Source of the DNA: Raillietiella orientalis
Taxonomy: Eukaryota
Assembly: GCA_036172245.1 (NCBI GenBank)
Contig: JAYWIR010000001.1
Location: forward strand, 3,348,001 to 3,412,000
Reading direction: 5' to 3'
Length of the DNA stretch: 64,000 nucleotides
The notes under the pieces were generated by a model. It was not told the DNA's origin. It saw only the letters and a program-made list of their open reading frames with translations, and did no database searches. Below, in pieces: positions 37,151-51,600 of this stretch. The position numbers were made by a program, and so were the translations under genes. How positions within the stretch are numbered: position 1 is the first letter of the stretch; every line of letters begins with the position of its first letter.

Positions 37151-40100
37151 ATTTATTTCTCAAGGTTTTTTGAGAGTTGTTTGCTTTTAGTTGGCTTGTT
37201 CACAAGCATCAATCCAATCATTATACACATCAATAGGTTCAGACAAAAAATTTATACTTGTTTGAAAATCTTCTAAACACACCCGGCATGTAACTCTGCC
37301 TGTATTCCTAGTTTTGTCCCTAGAATGATATGAAACATGGATTCTAGAAAAAGTCACGAGTGTCAGTTGACAAATAATATAATAACGACAGTAATTTTAT
37401 TAAGGTTCTGTTAACATGAGGTAACATCTAAATGAAGCTGAGCAATTCTTAGCTATCATTAACTATGGTAAGAGCAACTTGAAACACCAGATGCAGCACT
37501 GAATGACTAAAGGTTCATTATGCCTTCTTATTTTTATTTTAACAGTTTACTGCATTTTCATTTAATTTCAAATGGCATCAAAAAACTCAATTTCACGTTT
37601 TCACTTTCATAAATCATTCAATAAAAAACAGCACCATTTTACCCCAAGAAAACAATGAGGGCTTACATTTTAACTTCGCAAGATTTCTCATGATTGCAAA
37701 AAGGGCAATTAAATAATACATCCAATGGGACAATATTTTTTCTTTTCGGTGGCGGTTTTCGTTTGCTTTTTTTCCGTCCCATTCTGGAGTCTGGTTAATA
37801 CGTGACTCTATAACCAGCTAACTTTTGATCTGTTGCTCCAGTCTAAGCTATTCTTAGTTTTCACACAGTTGGCATCAGATAAATATTATTTCTATGAGAA
37901 ATACACTTGAATTAAGTCTGCACTAGAGCTTTTTAGGGTTTCAGATTTCTGTAAGCAAAAACACTTTTAAGATTCATGAAGATCAGATTCACTAACGAAA
38001 CACTGTCACTTCTATTGTATTTTCTTCATCATGCTATGGTCATCTACTTAAATAGAAATAACAAATGTATTTACTTGTTTTAGCCCTGAACCCACGTATG
38101 TTATTATTGTACAACTGTACTTTACTATGGCAGCACGCAAATTCCACGAGGCAAGTTATCTTGGCGAGGATGTTCTGAAATAATTTCCACTTCAAAGTTC
38201 AACAAGAAATCAATCCAAACATCAATAATCAACAATAAAATGTTAAGTTACTTCATAGAATAGCTGATATTTTTAAGTCGATAGTTATGATGTACGGGGA
38301 TGACAAGACGCAGAGAACACAGATTTAGATTACGCTTTCAGTACACTAGGAATCTTTTAAATTTAACTTTTTAAACTGAAAACTTCACCAATACCTAGAT
38401 AAAGAACGACTCGCTTTACAATTAATTATAATAAATGCTACCATAACAAAGTCAATACCTCTGATATGTATCTCTGATACGGAGATCGCATATCTCTGAT
38501 ATGCAATCTCGACTTTGACTATACATTTGCCTCGATGTAAAGGGCAATTTAGCTCCTTTACTCAATTTCTAATCTTGCTTAATCCTAGATTTATTTAAAA
38601 TTCTATAATTAAGGTAAAACCAATACCCCGGAGAAAGCAGTGTATGTGCTCTGCAAGATTTTTACGATACTGTTCCCAAGAACGAAAAACTGAAAAGACA
38701 ATCATAATGACCAACTTCTGAATAATCTTTTCCCGGTTTGTACACGCTGACTTATACAGATCGTCATTTCCATAAAAGCAAAAGCATGTTTATTTTAAGT
38801 AATTGAAAAGTGAATGTTCCAAAAGACAATCATAAAAAAAAATCAACTTGTAAAGGTCCCTGCATTAATTCTAAGAGATGTAGAAATAGTGAAATAATCA
38901 TTTGCCGTGAACGTCTATCTATGTAACAACATTTCTTGAATATTATCTGAATCCAAATATTTTCAAGCATTTTCCAATCATTCCAAAAGTCATACTTTAG
39001 TATTAACTAATTTTTTTGCATTTAATCTTTTCACCAAGACGGGTATCAAACTACAAATCATCTGAACTATTCACTGCATACGGATATCAGGAATAAGTGA
39101 CCCATCCCTTCCAGCATGACTTTAGTTTCAAGAGTACCTAATAAAAAATGAAAAAATTTGATCCATTTAGCTTTATCAATTCAGTAACTGCAGTAGATGA
39201 AAGATTTTAAGTATTGTGATAATAAGGATAATAGCGATAAGGCATCCTCAAAAAGAGTCAGAATAACCAAGGAATCAAATCGCAGTTTTAATCCAACTTT
39301 GTAGTGTGATAAGTAGTGAAGAGTGCAGTATTTTCTTTACTGAATACATGTCTTATACTTTTTATATGTTAATTATAATTAGCGTACATTTTGATATGCT
39401 AGTTTATTGATATTTTCTCTTGTGATCTTTACAGAGATGTCACTTATTTTTATAATACACGAGAAACTGTGCAATAAGTGAATGTTCATACAGTTGAAAC
39501 ATTATTCAGTATTTGAAAAAAAGAATATTATTCGATTTCAATGGAAGTGGAACGGAAATAGAAAAAAAGACAATTTAATAATCTAATTTCAAATCAAAAG
39601 CAGTATGAAATGGAAGATATGAAGTAAAATAATGCAAATGCTATTAATATAAAATGTAAACAATCTGAATAATATGTCATATAGGTAAATTAAGAGATGC
39701 AATTAAAAGTGGTCTGTCTGAAAAGCAAATTAAAAAGAAAAGAACATTTTTCATAATGAATCTTCGCATTATCCATGGACCAATAGTGAAACCGTGTCGA
39801 CTGACGCATCGTTTAGGATGTGGACTTCGAAACTAATCTGAACTTTAATTCATTATAAACTAAGAAGCATATATGATGGAAGGAATACATACATTTCAGT
39901 AGGAAAACTCATTAGAATTCTAAAGAATCTCAAATGTGAATTACGTTCAGGTTCAAATGGTTAATGTTTAGTTATGTTTTCGAATCGCTTAGAATTGATT
40001 CTATCAAATGCTTCTTGTTTAAATTGCCCAAGCAACCTAGACTGATGTTACAGCAGGGTAGCTTCATTGGAAATTCTTTTTGTTTTTATCTTTGTCTTGA

Positions 40101-42690
40101 TGTCATCAAACTACTCAGCTGAGAAAGGCATCATTAGGACTCCCCTTCTGCAATAAGACACTTGACTGCTTAACAACCACAAATTAAATTATTTTTTTAT
40201 ATTTTTCAATTATATCTCTAAGAAATATAGATTTTATTGTGCTCTTACTGTAGCGCCCAAATCTTGTTAATCCTTCATTCAAATAAAACAGCAAGTGCAC
40301 TTCACCTGTTTTACGTAAAGGTTCCTCAAAGAATCGAAGGAAACTGAGGATAATGGTTAGCTGCGATCCTCTTAGTAGCCAAGGTGTTCTGGATGTTCAA
40401 ATAGAGGGTGCCCACTGAATTCCACATCAGCGCAGTGGTATACACTTTTGATAACTTCTCACAGCAGATATGACAAGCTCTTGGGAACAAAAGGATGAAT
40501 GGATTTGAAGCCTCTGAGATGATCGACCACAAATGCGTTAGTGAGTGTTACTGAATTCACTGATTCATCATATGCTCATGTCGCCTATCCCTGTTTGCGA
40601 ATAACTCAGACGCTGATCTTTCCTCAACTCTTGTGAAAATGCTAATGCTGTGATACTCGCAGCATCAACTGGAATGTATGTTACAGATGCAGATGAATGT
40701 ATGTTATTTTACCACAAAAGGGCATGCAAACTTTCTCGGATAAAATGACGTTCCACAATGCACATTGTCAATGTCGGGTGAATGGGTCTCTGCAACAGTC
40801 ACGAAGAGAAGACGGTCGTAATAGATTGCATTTAGCTGCTGTACCACACTACCTCAAATGCGTCTCCATCGAAGATACCAACAGCAAATTTGTCATACTG
40901 AATGCGGAGACAACTCTCGAATTAACGCAATTGATGACATTATCTTTGGGTACATCGATGAAAATCGTGTCTCGCAGCAGCCATCGAAAACTTTTGCTGC
41001 GTGTACATATAACTGTAATTATTAATATATATTAAGGATACTTGAGCATGTCTTGAAAAAAGGTGGAATCCCTGACACAATAACGCAAAGCTGAACTCTG
41101 TTTGCTACATGATAAACTAATTTCGAGGCTTTATTCGTTTATCTATTTTCCTTCGAGAGCTCAAGATAAATGAATTGAAGTATCTTTTCTGGTTCGCACA
41201 GCGTATAGCTGTATCATTTTCCTTGTATGCCTCGGTTCTAAAAATTCAGAGCTTCTGTTGTAGCTTTTTAGTTAAACCTTGCCTCTTATGAAATTTTCTT
41301 TGAAGACACTTAGGGTGGTTTCCATTATTCATGGGGCTCTATGGACAATCAAGAACCAAAAAAAAGGCTAGTATTCCAGAATAAGGATGCATGCAGTATT
41401 CCTTTAAGCGATTCACTCTGAAAGCGTGCATAGGTCTCTGATGGCGCAAAATGCAATTTCAAGCTTTCATAATCTGTGAAGTAACCGTCTTCGAGACGGC
41501 AGCGATTCGTGAAGGCAACGAATGATTCCACCGTAATTAAAAAATAAAATAATATGGTTTTTTTTCGAACTGCCATGTTTGAAAACACACAAATGAAAAG
41601 GGAAGGTCACACAAAATGAAAAGAGGGAATTTCTTGATGGCGCTTTCTTCATGTGTAGTTTCTTTTATCAAGATTTAGGCAATGGAGCGACCTAAGAACC
41701 ATGGGAGCGAAACTGGTTTCAAAAGGTGAGAAATAGCAGAAAAGATAGCAACAGCAATTTGCAAGACAAACACCGTGCATGCATTTCAGCCAACAAGATA
41801 CACTCGTGCACTGAACACACTGAGTACTTCCTGAAAATTCAAGATCCTTAACTCCACATGAGCAAATCCAAGAAAATCCCAGAAGGAAAAAGAGGTTCCA
41901 ATGGGTTCTGAAGACCACGGAACGGGTCGTTGGCTTTCAACGGACGCCATCGGACTCTGCACGCGATACTTCCCGAGTTTGTTTTGAAAATCGCGTATCC
42001 ACTCTACCGTTTTACAAGAAACAGGAGTAATCAGTGAATTCCAGGTGCCATCCGTCTTTCACTACTTACAGAGCCTACCATAAATAAGGAGAAGGACTTT
42101 GTCCGCGTATGTAATTTCTCGTAAAAGCGAAGTGGAATAATGAAATCAGGTCACGTTTGGAATCCTCCGTGGTACAAAACTTTTTTTTATCATGAAAACA
42201 AATCTGTACGCTGGAAGATAATTTTGCGGTATTAACTCTTTAGTAAAAGAGGCTATCAATCATTTAATTATGATGAAATGATCCTTGGATGAGACATCCT
42301 TATTGTTTCTGATTTACCAGTGATACTGCGAAAACACCTTGGGGACCTGGAGTTCGTGTTTCTTCATTCATCCGTGTAGTCATCATCTAAAATTTGAATA
42401 AATCTAATTCTAAATAATAATGAGGAGTTTTTTTTAGAGTTTTTTTTCTTTATTGTTTCCCTTATTTCAGATCAGGGGAAGCTTTCTTGGGAGGCAGAAT
42501 TTTCCTCGGGCAAGATCAAGACGACTGGTGGTCTTAAAAGAGTTGAGCCGTTTCACCGAAACCACAAAGAATGTGGAAGTTTCGATTCACAGGAAGGTTT
42601 TCTTGACTTTACATAGCGACGTGCTATTCGTTACCGTTAACACCGGGTATAATGAATGGAAAATGAATTCAAAGAAGGAAACCTCCTGGT

Positions 42691-45600
42691 TCAAAAAGTG
42701 TAACGGCTGACGTAAATGTAAAGACGGGACACGGCGTTGATGGTGTCGAACTCCGAGGAAAAAATCTCCATCTTCAGTTGCAGCTCGATGTCTTGGGGGC
42801 CTTTGATTGATTTGATAAGGTAGATGATGGCCTCGTTGGATGAATTCTGAGGTTGCAGCAGAAAAAAGCCTTTGTCTGCTTTGGGGACTCCCGTGGGTGC
42901 GTGAACATTCACGATATCCATCGTGAACCGCACGTCTTTCTGATGGGGAACCCTCATCCTGAACAACTCCATCCTGTTTTGGACAGCGGTTATGGGTAAG
43001 AGGGAAACCAGGGTGACGTAGTTGTACGAATAGCTCAAAGGCTGCTGCAGACATTCGAGTTCGTGAGAGTAGCATGGTTTCGATTTGGTGCAGCGGCTGA
43101 AAAACAAAAGTGCCATGATCGCGTCGGTCTCCAAGCACCCGAGGGTGATGAATCCGAACAGAATGCTGCGGCATCACTTGCACTCCCTTCCTTTCAACCG
43201 ACCTCAAGAGGACAGAGATCCCGAGGAGATGGAAACGAAACAAAAAGTAAAAAACAAAGCCAAGCAGAACAGCGTGGAGTTAAACGGAGAGCCGTGCCAC
43301 TCGCTACAGCGCATAGCGTTGCCTTCCACGTCTTAAGCGAGTACCTATATGGGAAAAGCGCCAGCGCTGGAGGCGCTCGTGTGGCAGCACTCTCAGCACT
43401 GCCACCCGCAGTTTCTTGAGCCTTGAACAACAGCAAACATCATTTCGTCTTTCGAAAACAGCGCAGGAAGATTGAGTGTTGGATTCATTAGATCGAAGAT
43501 GAGGTCTGATCGACCTGCAGGCTACACGCTGGTTGCCTGGACTGCCTACGTACCACTCTTCTGAAGGTCAAGACAAAAACAAAAGGCAACCCTGGTTGCA
43601 AGTTCTGAGATAAAGTTTCCTCTTCCCAGGTCATTCGATTGTAGAATGACGGCAACTCATCATCCAAAATTCATTCATCCAAAATTCATTTTTTTTTGTT
43701 TCGACTACCCATCTCGATACAATCAACATCATTCTATAAAGGCAGCATTTTGAAAATTTTGCTTTCAGCAAAGGTGACCACGTCGAATGCGCACTGTGTT
43801 GCTTTTTATGACAACAAGCTCGCTTTGGGAAAGGAGCGGGAAAACCAAACACGAAACCATGTTTGAATACATTAAATAACTTGCATTTCGATGTCCAACT
43901 TCACTGTTTACTCTGTCCTTGTGCGTTACAGAAAGAAATCACATACAACTATGTTATACCAGAATGTTTACTTCTTGAACGTTGCATCTTCGCAGTCATT
44001 AATGATTCAAATTATGTGCGTGGAATTACTTGAAATTTTTCAATTTCCTTTTTGGACAGTACATATGTATGTGTACTGTCAGATTTTTAATACTTTTGGC
44101 ACACCAAAGGTTTCTATTTGCCGCGTGAGTTGCCGGAGGAGCAGGGAAGCCGCTGGTTGAGTGCACGCTGAGGGCAGCATCGCGACCTCCAGCGTTTGGG
44201 TCGTGCGGCAAAGACAAGCGTCCTCTCTTGCTCTTCACAAAAACTTAGGAACAACGTGGGTCAGAAAGGGAGAAGTTTCCCCTTCCGATGCACGTCCTGT
44301 TGTCGCCGAGATACAGGAGGGAACAGGAGCCGGTACGCTTGTCCTGGCTGCAGGAAGGCAGAACTGCAAAGCGAACCGGTGCGCGCATCCCAAGGCGCCC
44401 TGCTCACACGTGGATCCCGGCCAAGGAGCCCAACGTCCACAAATTTTGCACACGTTGAAATTTCCTTGCTTTTCGAAATGAGAAAACAAACCGCTTCCTC
44501 GAAAGCGTTGCTCATCCTGCAGTTCCGCCGAGAGTTCCTAGCGGTCTCCATTCCAAGAACATCTTTCACTGTGGGAGCGGACTCTCATTCCGTCCATCAG
44601 ACATGCGCCATTCAAAGAACGGGGAGGAGGAGCAGCATCCGATAAACTGGAGCAACAAGGAAGTGCCTTCGTTCTTCTCGATCCACGGCGTCGGATGGAA
44701 ATTCCTTCCTGCTGAAGTGCAGTAGCACCCACGTTAGCTGGAGTGTCTCAGAAGAATGAGAACAGCAGGAGAAGGCGGCCGTTCCGTTTGTTTCCCCTCC
44801 TTACGAAATCTCTCGCCCGCCTCTCTGCGATCGGTTCGAAAAGTCAGCCTGCTGACGTCTGCTTTCCCTTCTTGGGGGTCCTTTGTTGACCTAGCATCGA
44901 GATTTTCCCCTCCTATCGCCTTTCTGCTCCTCCTTTCAGAGGGATCTTCCGCCTTTCGTGGTTTTCTTGCCAGCTGTTCGCTAAATGGTTTGGTCCGTTC
45001 TTTCTCCATGCCCTCCTTGCAACACATCTGTTTTCTTGGCCAAGTCCATACCGAAACGTCGCTTCCATCCGCCTCAGAGTCCTAAGGAATCTTTTCCCTA
45101 CTAACCGCCGAATCATGTGCCCCCAACACTGGCACTGGGTTTACTTCCGACCTTGTGGGATTCTTGGAGTCACTAGGATATACTTTTTGCCTTCCAAGCG
45201 TGATGTTCGACGTCTCGTCTTAATGGCAGCTGTCGGAAGCAGCGTTTCTTTGGCTTTGCATACGTACTTGACGCATCTGCAAGTAACACAGAGAACGTTC
45301 TGCAGCTCGGATCATGAGTGTGCGATGGCTAAGATCGATCCCAGGCAATGATTTGCATTATCCATTTCCATGGAACTCTCAGCGTCTATTTTCATGTTTG
45401 CAACAGATCAGTACCCTACGATCTTTCTGGTTCCTGAAGGTCCTCCATTTTCTTGATTGTGTTACGTTTTTGGGTGTTCAAGTGCCTTCCCTGTTTTGCT
45501 GCGAGCTGTGACATTTGTCTGCCTGGGGCGCTCTATGTCAGCCCTAAATGCCGGGATCTTTTCTGCCCGTCTTTGCAGCTCTTTTCAAACGTTTCTTGTT

Positions 45601-48600
45601 TCAACCTTCCCTTCTTTGGGCACTTAATGTTCTCATCAGTGACGTTGGCTCCTGTTTATCTTATACCTATCTTGTTTATCTCAACGTCTGTTTATCTTGG
45701 TATCTCTATCTTCACACTTCAAACGGCACTAAACTGTGGAAACCGGCTGACCAGGAATTTCAACCCTTTTTTTTTTTTTTCCTTTCCTGATAGTCGTTTC
45801 CTGGTCGTGGTGAACTGGCTGCATCGATTGCATCTCTCATCCACCTCAGTTTTCCGTAGTTATTCAGCAGCAAAGAATTTATGCTAATTGAACGCGAAGT
45901 TGCCACCATACATCTATTCTATCTTGCTGCGTCAGCACTCAATACTCTCCGATCATCCTCACGTTGGTCACGATCTCCATGGTCACCAGCGGAAATTCAC
46001 GTCGCATGCAGTCGATCTTCCATACAAAGAGATACATTGAAAAAGCATCGATCTTAACAAAGTTTGTCAGTTTCTTCTTCGAAAACCTTTGATTTTTCTT
46101 TTCTTTTCTTTCCCTTTTTTCTTAAAGGCTACTAGCGACCTCACGAGGACATCGTTACCATTGACCTAGGGTGGTGGGCATCCTGTGGATTCTTTGGATT
46201 CTTATCTTTTTTGATCCACCCGGTGCTCAAGAACAGGTTTGCTTCCGGCCTCCTTGGAGGCTCGACGATGCCTCCCCATGTGCACTGAGGAGGCCCTTCA
46301 AACAATGTCGACGCCATCCGCGGGGACCCCTCCTGGTTGCTCCTCCTGAGAGGAACTGCCCCTGATCTTCCTCCTCTGGAGGGCTTGCTCATATTCTCAC
46401 CTGTTCACTATTCGTTCGCTACTCCATCACTTCTAATTCTTCTTACTTCCCTCGTTTTTCTATTGGGCTCGTTACGTGCGAATTCATCTACGCGAAGATT
46501 CACCGGACTCGTGTTATTAATTATCAGGATTTGGAAACGTGACCCTATCAAAGAGGTGCGTCTGGATTTGTTCCACCTGAGACAGAGCAGCCGTCTTTTG
46601 CACCTTTCATCCCTCCATCAGGAAATGATCCATCTCATCCTCGTTATTCAAGAGCACCTGAGAGGAAGCATTTATTGGCTGTCACTATGCCTCGGAAGCA
46701 ACGCAGCACACTCAGTCAGTCCGGAAAGAATTTCTTTTCACGTCTATCCCCCATGCTAAAGGTGCAAAGGGGTGCGCCCCATTTTGGGAAGGAGCAGGGA
46801 AGGAGATCGCCTGCAAACCGCTTGCAAACAGCCAACCCAGCGGTCGTATTCCGTTCCCTCTGCGAGCTCTCTTTAATCTATTTATTTGCTGCCCCTTTCC
46901 CGTCATCTCTGGCCTTAGCGAGAATCTGACCTCAGGGTCAGCGACTTTCTAAACTTAAAGCAAATCTAAAAACTCGGTTCCTACGTTTGCGTGCCCATTA
47001 TGATTATAACAATAATTATTTGTAATGAATGCTCTGGCATGACCATGAGAAAACACTGACTATCAAGCTGATGCCGTCTCAAACCTTTGATGTCCAAAAG
47101 GCATATTTGCTGATCGAGTTCGATATGAAGTAGGTCACAGAACGGTGGCGGTTGACGAGGAGACTTTTGCCCCAGTGACTCTTCCACTCGTCCACAGTGC
47201 TGCAGTTTAACTTGTTAAGCTGCAGCACCGGACACTGTGAGAAGCTGCGTTCGTACTCTCGCTTTCGCAAATGCACCGGCATGTATCCGGTTTTCGAGCC
47301 TTTCCGTTGCTTGGAAGAGGACCGATCACGAATCCTTCCTGACCAACGGATCAGTCTGTTGTACGGGAAGAGCGGATTAAGTTATGGGTCAAACACGCTT
47401 TGCGAAAGAACGTTTGAATAAGAACAATGGCAGCTGTAAGAGGTGTGCGGACTTTTTCAGCGTTACCGGTGGATACGTCTAGCAACGGGAAAACTTTCGC
47501 TTGCCGCATCTTCGCTGCAAGGGCGACAGCAACCGTCGGGTGACCCCGTGGTTTCGAGAGAGTGCATCTTCTGATTCGCACCCGAAAGATTTGTGGCGCT
47601 TCCGTTTCAACGACTCGTTCAAAATGGCTTTCAACTAAGATAAACAGTTACTTTGCATGCTTGAGGTCCTTGTTGTATCCTGGTGGGCACTGGAGTTTGT
47701 AGCATTTGTAACCACCATTCAGGTTAATGCAGATGTCATTCTCCCCAGGGCACGCGTCCTGCAAACACTCGTCGACATCTACAAGGAGAAAAAAAAAGAA
47801 AAAGCAAAGAAACAGAAGGCTGTTTTCTTCCCAGTTATCTTCTGCCAAACATTGAACTGAAATCTACTTTAAGATCCTGACCAATTTCCAGATAGGCAAC
47901 ACCATGTCAGTTTTCCTGGAGGTCACCGTCGAGTTTACGGTCAACATGTGTGTTTTCACATCAATCAATCAATCCTTTTCCTACCTATGCACCTGCTCTT
48001 TTGAGGTCCCAACGTGTATCCAGAGGGACACGAACACATGAATGAACCAGGTTGGTTATAGCAAAGCCCGTGGCAAAGATTCTGGTCTTCACATTCGTTG
48101 ATGTCAACGCAAGTTCTGAAAGTACATGAGCCTCTTAAATGGGCAGCGCGAACCTTTTGTCGGAAGCCAGTTCGTAGCCATGGTTGCAGAAGCAGGAGAA
48201 GGACCCTTGAGTGTTCATGCACTTGTGATGGCAGACTTGATTCTGCTCTGTGCATTCGTTTATATCTGGAAAGGAGAAACACTTCTGAAACATGAAGACG
48301 CAGCTTATTTAAATCTTCAGAAGCGCTGCTTTCGCTCTTCGCCCGCAACTGGGTGTTTTGCGGGGGGGACTCATCAGGCACGCAAGGACGCGCACCTCAG
48401 GAGTGAAAGCGGGGGAACCCAGGTGCGGGCGAAACGGGCGCTGATGTGCGGGGTGGAACGTGTGTGATCATCTCAGGAGGATCGAGATCGGGGATCCGCC
48501 CAAGAGAATCGGCAGATGCGTTTTGGGGAACAGGAAGCGCCGGGACTCTTTGAGATGGTTCCGTTCATGGGGCCTTTACAGAAGCCATCATCGGAAGTCT

Positions 48601-51600
48601 TCGATGCCTTTGGAGTGTTTGAAATCTCTGAGTTGCTTTTGAAAATTCCCGAGTCGCGCCGGCGCTCATGAAGGAGGATGATTCGTGATCAGGGTTCGCA
48701 GAGGTCAGCGAGGTCAACAAGATTCCATGAGTCATTCAAGGAGTCGGGATCACCCACACACCCCCACACAAGCGAATAGGGTGCTTCTCGATCCCAGGAA
48801 GCCTGCTAGAAGGAAGCGGCAAAGAGTTCTGAATCAGAAAGGTAATAGGGAACGAAATAATGGCTCGGGATAAGCAAAGGCCTTAAAGTCTGGCTGAGAA
48901 GGTCGATGTTCTTGGCAACGTGAGGGAGACAGAAAATTAAGTGTTGCGAGCTCATCCATTTTTTGCAGCATCACTTTTAGCGCTTGTCTGCATTGAAGAA
49001 GAGACCCTCCTCCATCAGGGGTCCGATTTCTATTGGGATGTCCTCCATGAATCATGGAGATTGCTTTCAGCAACATTTTTAAATGAAAGAAGGAAAACAG
49101 CTGAATTCCTTCCCAGCGAAAGCTATCAAAGGAGACCGAGGCCAGAAAAGAAATCCCGCAACAGCTAAGAGGTTCACTCATTATTCCCTCGTTATTAGCA
49201 GGACCATGGATTCTGTCAACGGCAACGCTCATCCTTACGATGTGGCAAACGGTAACGAAGAGTTTTTCCGATTTCGATCCAGTTATTGGGTTAGTGGAGT
49301 GAAGATGAAGGATTTTTTTTTCCCAACCCAACGTGGGATTTCTCAACCATTTCTGCACGCATTCAACGTATCAGGGAGTCCTTACCCACGCACTGGAACT
49401 GTCCCATTTGTTTGAATCCTTTCTTGCAGTTGCACCGATATGAGCCGATCGTGTTTTCGCAGGAGGCGTGCTCCGAGCACAACGAATAGTCCAAGCACTC
49501 GTTGACGTCCTCGCAGTGGCCGCGAGCGTTTTTGTGGTAGCCATCCTTGCAATCGCAAGAGTAGGTTCCCGGCAAGTTGACGCAGATCTGATCGGGATAG
49601 CAGTCCGTGGTGTAGACAGAGCATTCGTCGATGTCTAAAGGGGAACAGCAGCTCTCCTGAAGAAGCCGACCTCCGGTCGGATTACCTTCGCAGCGGTCGG
49701 TGTATGCTGAGAACGAGAAGCCTTCAGCGCACTCGATTGCGTTCCTGCATTCGTAAGAACCGAGAGTGTTAATGCACTGCTGATGGCTGCGGCAGGCAGA
49801 AGGGTTGGCGCATTCATCTTCGTCTGGAGCATCAGGAAAGACAAAGGGGAATCAGTGAACAGCACAGAAGTGGTTTCCACAAGATACTGCAGAAACCAGA
49901 TGAGGCATTCATTCCTCTGCACCACAGTGACCGAAAAACGCGTGTTCCCGTTTGTGGTTTCCTCTCCTTTTACATCCCTGCCGCTTCCTTGCATTTGGTG
50001 CACGTTAGCCAGCAGGAGCTCGGGGGGGATGGGCACGTCATCTTTGCGGACTGTGATCTTGTTTTCCTGTTTCCAAAAGACTTCCTGGATGTTTCGCTTC
50101 TCCTGCACGCGTCTTTCTCTCCGCGCAAGAGAATGCGCCAAGATCCGAAGCGCAGCGCGGCTTCATGAGATGCTCTTCGAGAGAGGATGCAGAGTTTCGA
50201 GCGCTTTCCCCCCAAGAATTCGGTGGCATCCATTCTAAAAAATATGGCTTCGATCAACGGTCCACCGCGAGGGAGTGTTCGCCTCCTAAAAAAGCTTGGT
50301 TTCTTGGACTAGGACACACTCGAACTCCAATTTTCGCGAAAATCTTCGTTTTCTCCGGAAGAACTTCGCCCCGAGGGCATCTGCACGCGGATATCCAACC
50401 TCGAGTTCGCCATCAAGGTCATTATCATATTCCCTTGCTTCGAGAACACTGGAAAGCAAGGGTTGGACGGAAAGGTGCTGGCGAAGAAAATGATGCTACT
50501 GAGGGGAACTCTGGACTATCTAGCTGTTCATCTCTCAGTCCATCTTCTACTTCTCTTTGCGGAGCTTCTCCAGCTACCTACGGTACTGGAACATCCGATG
50601 GCGAAAGTCATATTGACCGGAGCAGCCGTCTGTCACAGATGTTGCCCTCCATTGGTCGCTTTCGCTTCCTTCCCCTCTTCACAAACCATCACCTGATGGG
50701 AGGACGACAACTCACCTATGCAGCCGTGCTCACCAGGCTGGAGGCCGGGTTTACATTTCATCTGCTCGCAGTATCCGCTGTCGCTCAGGAACTGACCCAG
50801 AGGGCAAGTTTTCTTTTTACAAAGGAACGACCCGAGGGTGTTCTCGCACTCCCATATGGAGCCCATCTTGTCGCAGTTGTGAGTGTTTTGCACGCACTCG
50901 TCATCATCTGAAAGCACCATTCATGAGAAACTCAGCGGGAAGCTGATGAGGAATTTCACGCTCCCACCCCCATCATGTGCAACGAGTGTCCTTCCACTTC
51001 TCGAAACGAAATTCGTTCTCTTCGCCTCCTTATAAACGCGACAATGAGTAGATGACGCTCTCAAATGGGCAGCGCCCGCAACCTACAGCGCGAGCGCGTT
51101 CCCCGCTGCTGAAGAACAGCCCAAGAGCTGACCAAGGTCCAGAAAGACACGAATTTTGGGGGGGCCCTGATGCGCTCCCGTCGAAATGTGGTGCGTAAGC
51201 CCGGACTTTCGTTGTTTGTCACACGTGCAATCCCGTTTCATCTCCTTGCTTTCCCAGATGGAACTGGGAAAGCCTTCGACGCCAAGTCCCGGCAGGAAAG
51301 GAAAGGGAAACCATCGATGAGTAGGAATCAGGCAGCCAATCAGGTGCGATTGCTGGGTGCTAAAGAACCGTTCACCTCCTTAGGAAGGGAGGAAGAAGAT
51401 GGGAGGGGGGTCACAAAACTCTTTAGCACTGTCCACGCCACCCGAGGGTGTGGTGCGTGTAGTGACTCTTCAAGTTATAGGGGTAACCCTGGAGTGACCA
51501 CTATTCCAGGAAGGTTCCGAAGGAAGCTGTCCGTTCTTTTCTTACTCTTAGGAGGAAAACCCCGAAGGGATTCTCTAGTCGATTCTCTCCGGAGGGAACC

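Noticed and set aside
37200-47650. An alternative fibulin C-terminal exon (1C/1D-type splicing)
   Set aside because: No second domain-III exon could be recognised in the last intron or downstream.
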